From Chiloscyllium plagiosum (Eukaryota): 44,481 bases of DNA. Shown here one piece after another: positions 35,750 to 44,481 of the stretch. The stretch lies in the NCBI RefSeq assembly GCF_004010195.1, contig NC_057749.1, forward strand, positions 17,971,069 to 18,015,549, written 5' to 3'. Below the pieces are notes generated by a model. That model was not told the DNA's origin. It made no database searches and was given only the letters and a program-made list of their open reading frames with translations. A program made the translations under genes and the position numbers. The stretch's first letter is position 1, and each line of letters begins with the position of its first letter.

Positions 35750-36076
35750 TCATAGAATTCCTACAGGCTATTCATCCTATCGAGTCCACATCACCCCTCT
35801 GAAGAGGAACATCCCACCCAAACCCACCCTATCATTGTACGCCTGCATTTCCCATGTTGATCTACCTAACCTACACATCCCTGGAGACTATTGGCTGATC
35901 CACGTAACTTGCCCGTCTTTGGATTGTAGGAGGAAACCAGAGCACCTGGAGGAAACCCACGCAGACAAGGGGAGAATGTGCAAACTCCACACAGACAGTC
36001 ACCTGATGATGGGATCGAGCCCAGGTCCCTGGCGCTGTGAGGCAGCGGTGCTAACCACTGAGCCACTGTGCTGCCC
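35750..36076 (-). mobile_element. V-SINE (HE1-like)
   Basis: Same head and V-domain as 32533-32851, more diverged. Confidence 0.88.
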
Positions 36077-36882
36077 CATTTTCAACCTCACAACATTCTC
36101 TGCTGTCCCCAGTGGCTATGGGGCATTTAATCACCTCAGTATGTATTTAGGAATCAATCTGAGGTTAGGAGGACCCACCTTGCTTCATGCTGGCATCTCC
36201 TGGCTTAGTCTTTGTGGCTGGTGTTGCCTCTCCTACCTTGTGAAAGTTCAGCCGCCAATTCTCACAATCTGTACCATTGTCTTTTGCTCATTTAAGTGTT
36301 TGCTTGTTGACAATTTCCAGTGAAAACTCATTTACCTGGAGCATTGGGTTAATCTAGTTTTGTTAACAGAGTACCCTTGACAGAGATGGGCTGTTTAATC
36401 CCAGTTCCAAACTGTGTCTGGGTGCTATTCACAAGGTGAACTTCAGCTGAATCCCCTCGGGAGATGTATTTAAATCTCACAATAAGCTGAATTGTGTGAA
36501 TTAGACAAACCACAATTACAGTTATTAATGAGTGCTGCCGAGTCAGCAACACAGCATCAAAGCAAGCTGAGGGCCAGAACTTAATGTGATGACTTAAAAC
36601 TGAGTCAAACGCATAAGCATTCAGTATTAATGTATAAAGTTAAATTACACCATCAGGTATTGAACGGACAGCAGGATCATTACCCAACAAAGAGCAGGAA
36701 TAGATGAGAGAGCAGTTTATTTTCCAAATAACGTGTCAATTTAAGACTGGAATAACTTGAATTCCATCCTTTTGTAATTGTTTCCTTGAAATGGCCTGAC
36801 AAACTCCGGTCACATGCACACTCTCTCGCATTTAGCCAGTCAAACAAATTTCAGTATTTCTGGAGCATCTGTCATCCTATCT

Positions 36883-36950
36883 CCATCAAACATTCCCAGG
36901 GCAAAGGCAGCACAGAGATAGATACGAAGTAAAGCTCCCTGCGCACTGTT
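36883..36950. repeat. Solitary diverged monomer of the 70-bp minisatellite
   Basis: ccatcaaacattcccagggcaaaggcagcacagagatagatacgaagtaaagctccct matches the 9632-10061 unit. Confidence 0.8.
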
Positions 36951-36957
36951 CAGCTAA

Positions 36958-39900
36958 CCAGTGAGAGTCAGTGTGTGTGGGACTGTACCCCAGTGAGAGT
37001 CAGTGTGTGTGTGGGACTATACCCCAGTGAGAGTCAGTGTGTGTGGGACTGTACCCNNNNNNNNNNNNNNNNNNNNNNNNNNNNNNNNNNNNNNNNNGTC
37101 AGTGTGTGTGGGACTGTACCCCAGTGAGAGTCAGTGTTTGTGTGGGACTGTACCCCAGTGAGAGTCAGTGTGTGGGGGACTGTACCCCAGTGAGAATCAG
37201 TGTGTGGGGGACTGTACCCCAGTGAGAATCAGTGTGTGGGGGACTGTACCCCAGTGAGAATCAGTGTGTGGGGGACTGTACCCCAGTGAGAATCAGTGTG
37301 TGGGGGACTGTACCCCAGTGAGAATCAGTGTGTGGGGGACTGTACCCCAGTGAGAATCAGTGTGTGGGGGACTGTACCCCAGTGAGAATCAGTGTGTGGG
37401 GGACTGTACCCCAGTGAGAATCAGTGTGTGGGGGACTGTACCCCAGTGAGAATCAGTGTGTGGGGGACTGTACCCCAGTGAGAATCAGTGTGTGGGGGAC
37501 TGTACCCCAGTGAGAATCAGTGTGTGGGGGACTGTACCCCAGTGAGAATCAGTGTGTGGGGGACTGTACCCCAGTGAGAATCAGTGTGTGGGGGACTGTA
37601 CCCCAGTGAGAGTCAGTGTGTGGGGGACTGTACCCCAGTGAGAATCAGTGTGTGGGGGACTGTACCCCAGTAAGAGTCAGTGTGTGTGGGACTGTACCCC
37701 AGTGAGAGTCAGTGTGTGGGAGACTGTACCCCAGTGAGAGTCAGTGTGTGTTAGGGACTGTACCCCAGTGAGAGCCAGTGTATGTGGGACTGTATCCCAG
37801 TGAGAGTCAGTGTGTGTGTGACTGTACTCCAGTGAGAGTCAGTGTGTGGGGAACTGTACCCCAGTGAGAGTCAGTATGTGTGAGACTATACCCCAGTGAG
37901 GGTCAGTGTGTGTATGTGTGACTGTACCCCAGTGAGAGTCAGTGTGTGTCTGAGAGTGTACCCCAGTGAGAATCAGCATGTGTGTGTGTGTGGCACTGTA
38001 CCCTAGTGAGGATCAGTGTGTGTGGTGGGACTGTACACAGTGAGGGTCAGTGTGTGTAAGATTGTACCCCAATGAGAGTCAGTATATGTGGGACTGTACC
38101 CCAGTGAGGGTCAGTGTGTGTGGGACTGTACACCAGTGATTGTCTGTGTGTGTGTGCGGGTTGTACCCCAGTGAGAGTCAGTGTGTGTGTGGGACTTTCC
38201 CCCAGTGACAGTCAGTGCATGTGTGGGACTGTTCCCCCAGTGAGGGTCAGTGTGTGTGGGACTGTCCCCCAGTGACAGTCAGTGCATGTGTGAGACTGTA
38301 CCCCAGTGAGGGTCAGTGTGTGTGTGTGTGTGAGACTGTACCCCAGTAAGAGTCAGTGTGCGTGTCAGACCGTACTCCAGTGAGCGTCAGTGTGTGTGTG
38401 TGGAACTGTATCCCAGTGAGAGTCAGTGTGTGTGTGGGGGGGGACTGTACCCCGTGAGAGTCAGTGTGTGTGGGATTGTACCCCAGTGAGAGTCAGTGTG
38501 CGTGTGGGACCGTACTCCAGTGAGCGTCAGTGTGTGTGTGGGGGACTGTACCCCAGTGAGAGTCAGTGTGTGTGGGACTGTACCCAAGTGAGAGTCAGTG
38601 TTTGTGTGGGACTGTACCCCAGTTAGAGTCAGTGTGTGCGGACTGTACCCTGTGAGAGTCAGTGTATGTGGGACTATATCCCAGTGAGAGTCAGTGTGCG
38701 AGTGGGACTGTATCTCAGTGAGAGTCAGTGTGTGTGTGGGACTGTACCCCAGTGTGAGTCAGTGTGTGTGTGGACTGTCCCCCCAGTGAGGGTCAGTGTG
38801 TGTGTGGGACTGTACCCCAGTCAGAGTCAATGTTGTGGAACAGTACCCCAGTGAGAGTCAGTGTGTGTGGGACTGTACCCCAGTCAGAGTCAATGTTGTG
38901 GAACAGTACCCCAGTGAGAGTCAGTGAGTCTGGGACTGTACCCAAGTGAGAGTCAGTTTGTGGGGGACTGTACCTCAGTGACAGTCAGTGTGTGGGAAAC
39001 TGTATCCCAGTGAGAGTCAGTGTGTGTGAGACTATACCCCAGTGAGGGTCCGTGTGTGTATGTGTGACTGTACCCCAGTGAGGGTCAGTGTGTGTGGGAT
39101 TGTACCCCAGTGAGAGTCAGTGTGTGCGGACTGTACCCCGTGAGAGCCAGTGTTTGTGTGGGACTGTACCCCAGTGAGAGTCAGTGTGTGTGTGAGACTG
39201 TACTCCAGTGAGAGTCAGTGTGTGGGGAACTGTGCCCCAGTGAGAGTCAGTGTGTGTGTGACTGTACTCCAGTGAGAGTCACTGTGTGTATGTGTGACTG
39301 TACCCCAGTGAGAGTCAGAGTGTGTCTGGGAGTGTACCCCAGTGAGAATCAGTGTGTGTGTGTGTATGTGGCACTGTACCCTAGTGAGGGTCAGTGTATG
39401 TGTGGGACTGTACCCTAGTGAGAGTCAGTCTGTGTAAGATTGTACCCCAGTGAGAGTCAGTGTGTGTGGGACTGTACCCCAGTGTGGGTCAGTGTATGTG
39501 TGGGACTGTACCCTAGTGAGAGTCAGTGTGTGTAAGATTGTACCCCAGTGAGAGTCAGTGTGTGTGGGACTGTACCCCAGTGAGGGTCAGTGTGTGTGGG
39601 ACTGTACACCAGTGATGGTCTGTGTGCGGGTTTTACCCCAGTGAGAGTCAGCGGGTATGTGGGGCTTTGCCCCAGTGAGAGTCAGTTTGTGTGTGGGACT
39701 GTCCCCCAGTGAGAGTCAGTGTGTGAAGACTGTACCCCAGTAGGTGTCAGTGTGTGTGTGGGAATTTCCCCCAGTGACAGTCAGTGCATGTGTGAGACTG
39801 TACCCCAGTGAGGGTCAGTGTGTGTGGGACTGCCCCCCAGTGACAGTCACTGCATGTGTGGGACTGTCCCCCAGTGAGGGTCAGTGTGTGTGTGGGACTG

Positions 39901-41062
39901 TATCTCAGTGAGAGTCAGTGTGTGTGTGTGGGACTGTACCCCAGTGTGAGTCAGTGTGTGTGTGGACTGTCCCCCCAGTGAGGGTCAGTGTGTGTGTGGG
40001 ACTGTCCCCCAGTGAGAGTCAGTGTGTGGGGGACTGTACCCCAGTGAGAGTCAGTGTTTGTGGGGGACTGTACCCCAGTGAGAATCAGTGTGTGGGGGAC
40101 TGTACCCCAGTGAGAGTCGGTGTGTGTGGGACTGTACCCCAGTAAGAGTCAGTGAGTCTGGGACTGTACCCAAGTGAGAGTCAGTGTGTGGGGGACTGTA
40201 CCCCAGTGACAGTCAGTGTGTGGGGAACTGTATCCCAGTGAGAGTCAGTGTGTGTGAGACTATACCCCAGTGAGGGTCCATGTGTGTATGTGTGACTGTA
40301 CCCCAGTGAGGGTCAGTGTGTGTGGGATTGTACCCAATGAGAGCCAGTGTATGTGAGACTGTATCCCAGTGAGAGTCAGTGTGTGTGTGACTGTACTCCA
40401 GTGAGAGTTAGTGTGTGGGGAACTGTACCCCAGTGAGAGTCAGTGTGTGTGAGACTATACCCCAGTGAGGGTCAGTGTGTGTATGTGTGACTGTACCCCA
40501 GTGAGAGTCAGTGTGTGTGTGGCACTGTACCCTAGTGAGAGTCAGTGTGTGTGGTGGGACTGTACACAGTGAGAGCCAGTGTGTGTGAACTGTACCCCAG
40601 TGAGGGTCAGTGTATGTGTGTGACTGTACACCAGTGATGGTCTGTGTGTGTGTGTGCAGGTTGTACCCCAGTGAGAGTCAGTGTGTATGTGGGGCTGTGC
40701 CCCAGTGAGAGTTAGTTTGTGTGTGGGACTGTATCTCAGTGAGAGTCAGTGTGTGTGTGGGACTGTACCCCAGTAGGTGTCAGTGTGTGTGTGGGACTTT
40801 CCCCCAGTGACAGTCAGTGCATGTGTGGGACTGTTCCCCCAGTGAGGGTCAGTGTGTGTGGGACTGTCCCCCAGTGACAGTCGGTGCATGTGTGAGACTG
40901 TACCCCAGTGAGGGTCAGTGTGTGTGTGGGACTGTATCCCAGTGAGAGTCAGTGCATGTGTGGGACTGTCCCCCAGTGAGGGTCAGTGTGTGTGTGGGAC
41001 TGTCCCCCAGTGACAGTCAGTGCATGTGTGGGACTGTCCCCTGTGTGTGTGGGACTGTATCC
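36958..41062. repeat. ~4.1-kb minisatellite array, ~32-bp unit
   Basis: Continuous GGGACTGTACCCCAGTGAGAGTCAGTGTGTGT variants; homogeneous block at ~37180-37610. Confidence 0.97.
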
Positions 41063-41269
41063 TGATGTAGACAAATCCTTTCTGCTTTGAAGCTCAGTTG
41101 GAGTAAAAGAGAACTAAACACAGTGAGTTTGTGGAGTTGTGTTGCCCCCACCTAGATATTTGATCATATTCAAATTCCATATGTTGGAGTTTAAGCAAAT
41201 AACTTACAAAGTGACAAAAATCTGGTTTCATCTTTGATAATTGTCACATTAAAATGCTCTTTTCAGTTG

Positions 41270-41430
41270 AATAATCACAACATGTGGCTCTGGAAAAGCC
41301 GAGCAGGTCAGACAGCATCTGAGCAGCAGGGGAGTCGATGTTTCAGGTATAAGCCCATCATCAGGACTGTGCTTTTCCAGCAACACACGTTTTGATTCTG
41401 ATCTCCAGCATCTGCAGTCCTCACTTTCTC
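41270..41430 (+). mobile_element. Penelope-like insert with 11-bp TSD and decayed hammerhead on the minus arm
   Basis: TSD cttttcagttg at 41259-41269 and 41431-41441; minus gtc-CTGATGA-tgggcttatacct-GAAAC-ATC-gac; tail ctgatctccagcatctgcagtcctcactttctc. Confidence 0.85.
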
Positions 41431-41554
41431 CTTTTCAGTTGTATACACCATTAAACAAAGGTGAAAATTTGGCTACATCTTCTTTCAACTTAGGAAATCC
41501 TACTTCTAAAATAGGATGGGCGTATTGTTGAATATGATCAGAAGCAATTAATGT

Positions 41555-42095
41555 ATTATCTGTATATCTACCCAGCAATGTTTACTGTCGCGTCTATATA
41601 TCTGTCAAGCAGTGTGTGCATATCTATCTCTATATAACAGGCAATACTAGCATATCCAGCCTGCAGTGTGTATAAATATGTTATTATTATATATAATATA
41701 AAAAATGTAATATTGGTATATCTGGCCAGAAGTGTCTATAAATAAGTCTGTATATCTGTACAGAAATGGCTGTATATCTGTCAAGCAATGCCTGTATATA
41801 TTTCCAGTCCTGTTGAATATCTGTATTCGACAATGGCTTTTGTATGTGTTAATATTATGTGTATATCTGTCCGGCAGTGTCTGTTTATCACTCCATCAGA
41901 GTCTGTATATATGTCAATCAATATCTTTTTATCTGACCAGCAATATTTATAAGTTTGTCCAGTAGAGTGAGTGTGCCTGACCAGCAGTATCTGTGTATAT
42001 CTGCACACCGGTGTCTGTATATCTGTCCAACATGAGCGGTATATATGACCAGCAATAACTGCACACCTGACCAGCAGTATTTGTATGTCTGTCTT
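41555..42095. repeat. Degenerate ~20-25 bp tandem repeat (TATATCTGTCCAGCAGT-like)
   Basis: tatatctg...ccagca motifs recur throughout. Confidence 0.65.
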
Positions 42096-42097
42096 TC

Positions 42098-43635
42098 GAG
42101 TTATAGTCATACAGTGTGGAAAATGACCCTTTGGCTCAACTAGTCCATACTGACCATGTCCCCAAACCAAGCTAGTCCCACTTGCCTGTGCTTGGCCCAT
42201 ATCCCTCTAAACCTTTCCTATTCATGAATGTATCCAAATGTTTTTACATTTTGTAACTGTACCTGTATCCACTACTCCATCTAGAAGCTCATTCCACACA
42301 TAAATCATTCTCTGTGTAAAAGAATTGCCCATCATGTCCTTATTAAATCTTTCACCTTTCACTTTTGCTTTGAATACCCCTTTCCCAGGGAAAAGACACT
42401 TGCTATTCACCCTATCCATGCCCCTCATGGTTTTATAAATCTCTATAAGGTCACCCCTCACCTCCGACGCTCCAGGGGAAAATGTCCCAGCCTATCCAGC
42501 CTATCTTTCTAATTCAGCACCTCCAGTCCCAGGAACATCCTGCTAAATCTCTTCTGAACCCTCTCCAATTTAATAATATCCTTGCTGTATCTGGGAGACC
42601 AGAACTGTAGACAGTATTCCAGAAGAGGCCTCACTAACATCCCGTACAAACATCCCAGCTCTTATACCCAAAGCTCTGAGCAGTGAAGGTAAGCGTGCTA
42701 AATACCTTCTCAACCACCCTGCCTACATGTGACACAAATTCCAAAGAATTATATCTCTGAACCCCTAGATCTCCCTGTTGTACAGCACAGCCAGGGCCCT
42801 ACCATTCATGGTATAAGCCCTGCCCTCATTTCTCTTACCAAAATGCAATACGCCACATTTATCCAAATTAAACTCCTCAACCCATTGACCCAGTTGATAA
42901 AGATTTCTTTGTAACCTTAGATCGTTTTCTTCACTGTCCACTATGCCACCAATTTTGATGTCATTCACAATCTTACTAACCACGCCTCCAATATTCACAT
43001 CCAAATCATTTATATAAATGACAAACAAATGAGGACCCAGAATTGATCCCTGCGGAATACTGCTGGTTACAGGCCTCCGCCACCACCCTCTGTCTCCTGA
43101 CATTATGTCAATTTTGTATCCAACTGGCAAGCCCACCATGTGATAGAACTTTCCTAATTGGTCCACTATGGGGAACCTTGTAAAAGGCTTTACTAAAGTC
43201 CACGTCGACAACATCTACCGCTCTGCCCTCATCAATGTTTTTGGTTACTTCCTCAAAAAGCTCAGTCAGGTTTGAGAGGCACGATCTCCCTCACACAAAA
43301 CCATATTGACTCTCCCTCATCAATTCTTGCCTTTCCAATAACTTACCCACCACTGGCATCAGGTTCACTGGTCTATAGTTGCCAGGTTTCTCTTCCCAGC
43401 CTTTCTTAAATAAAGGCACAACATCAGCCACCCTCCAGTCATCTGGTACCTCACCTGTGGTTATTGATGATACAAATTGTTTTGCTAAGAGCCCCATAAT
43501 GTGCTCCCTAACCTCTCAGACTGTCCTGGGATACACCTGATCAGGTCCTGGAGATTTACCCACCTTCATGTTTTCTAAGACCCCCATCACTTGCTGTTCT
43601 GTAATGTCAACTGCTCTCAAAACATCAATATTTAA
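42098..43635 (-). mobile_element. CR1 LINE 3' 1.5 kb
   Basis: DWRVADVVPLFKKG...PGNYRPVNL, SIPQGSILGP, RGDLIEIYK. Confidence 0.93.
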
Positions 43636-43646
43636 TTGAAACAAAA

Positions 43647-43934
43647 ACAGAGTTAATGTTTCAGGTCCAGTGACCTTTCCTCAGAACCGGACCCGAAACA
43701 TTAACTCTGTTTCTCTCTCCACAGATGGTGCCAGACCAGCTGAGCTTTTCTGTCCTTGTTTCTGATTTCCAGCATCCGCAGTTAGAGTCATAGAGTCATA
43801 GAGATGTACAGCATGGAAACAGACCCTTCGGTCCAACAAACATTAACTCTGTTTCTCTCTCCACAGATGGTGCCAGACCAGCTGAGCTTTTCCAGCAACC
43901 TCTGTCCTTGTTTCTGATTTCCAGCATCCGCAGT
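43647..43934 (+). mobile_element. Penelope-like element with short fold-back, partly tandem-duplicated
   Basis: Minus gtt-CTGAGGA-a-aggtc-actg-gacct-GAAAC-ATT-aac (43652-43687); same subfamily as 4328-4602. Confidence 0.8.
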
Positions 43935-44030
43935 TAGAGTCATAGAGTCATAGAGATGTACAGCATGGAAACAGACCCTTCGGTCCAACCCATCCATGCC
44001 GACCAGATATCCCAACCTAATCTAGTCCCA

Positions 44031-44385
44031 TAAATAAAAGCAAATTACTGCGGATGCTGGAATCTGAAACCAAAAGAGAAAATGCTGGAAAAATCTCAAC
44101 AGGTCTGGCAGCATCTGTAAGGAGAGAAAAAGCTGATGTTTCGAGTCTAATTGACCCTTTGTCAAAGCCTTTGGTTTCAGATCCCAGCATCTGCAGTATT
44201 TTGCTTTTATCCAGTGTTTAACCCACTGCCCTCTCTCTCCCAGGAAGACTACCCTGAAGAAGGACTGCTCTTCTCTCCGACAGCTTTGACAAAGGGTCAG
44301 TTAGACTCGAAACGTCAGCTCTTTTCTCTCCTTACAGATGCTGCCAGACTTGCTGAGATTTTCCAGCATTTTCCCTTTTGGTTCC
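44031..44385. mobile_element. Rearranged Penelope-like fold-back element with 12-bp TSD
   Basis: TSD aatctagtccca at 44019-44030 and 44386-44397; ~44068-44168 is inverted at ~44283-44383, and ~44034-44074 is inverted at ~44171-44210. Confidence 0.88.
44282..44320 (+). ncRNA. Minimal hammerhead ribozyme, U3-A8 core variant
   Basis: agct-TTGACAA-a-gggtc-agtta-gactc-GAAAC-GTC-agct; stems I and II pair, and stem III is the palindrome ACGT. Confidence 0.72.
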
Positions 44386-44481
44386 AATCTAGTCCCACCT
44401 GCCAGCACCCGGCCCATATCCCTCCAAACCCTTCCTTTTCATATACCCATCCAAATGCCTCTTAAATGTTGCAATTGTACC

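Larger units (their letters stand above)
43935..44481 (-). mobile_element. HER1-like CR1 3' end, interrupted, continuing past the window end
   Basis: agagtcatagagtcatagagatgtacagcatggaaacagacccttcggtccaac tail; resumes at 44386. Confidence 0.92.

Noticed and set aside
36958..41062. CRISPR-like ~32-bp periodicity
   Set aside because: No unique spacers, no cas genes, vertebrate context; it is a tandem minisatellite.

Overview
Repeat-dominated vertebrate genomic DNA with six N gaps. The repeat set (HER1-like CR1 LINEs with (CTATGACT)n tails, HE1/V-SINE-like SINEs) points to a cartilaginous fish, probably a shark; this is inference from family recognition, not a database result. No recognisable protein-coding host gene is present. 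The long ORFs are LINE ORF2 remnants, microsatellite read-throughs or N-gap artefacts. Main content: many CR1 and CR1/L2-group LINE fragments; a near full-length decayed L1 (minus strand, 23.5-28.5 kb) inside a multi-layer nest; three V-SINEs; 70-bp and 32-bp minisatellites; a CpG-rich promoter-like segment at 5.2-5.4 kb (three E-boxes, NRF1, ETS) with weak candidate exons downstream; and a perfect RFX X-box at 19.9 kb. The most notable signal is eight short, mostly fold-back Penelope-like insertions, several with ~11-12 bp target-site duplications, each carrying a minimal hammerhead ribozyme core or its decayed remnant. One is a structurally intact U3-A8 compensatory core variant (44282-44320).
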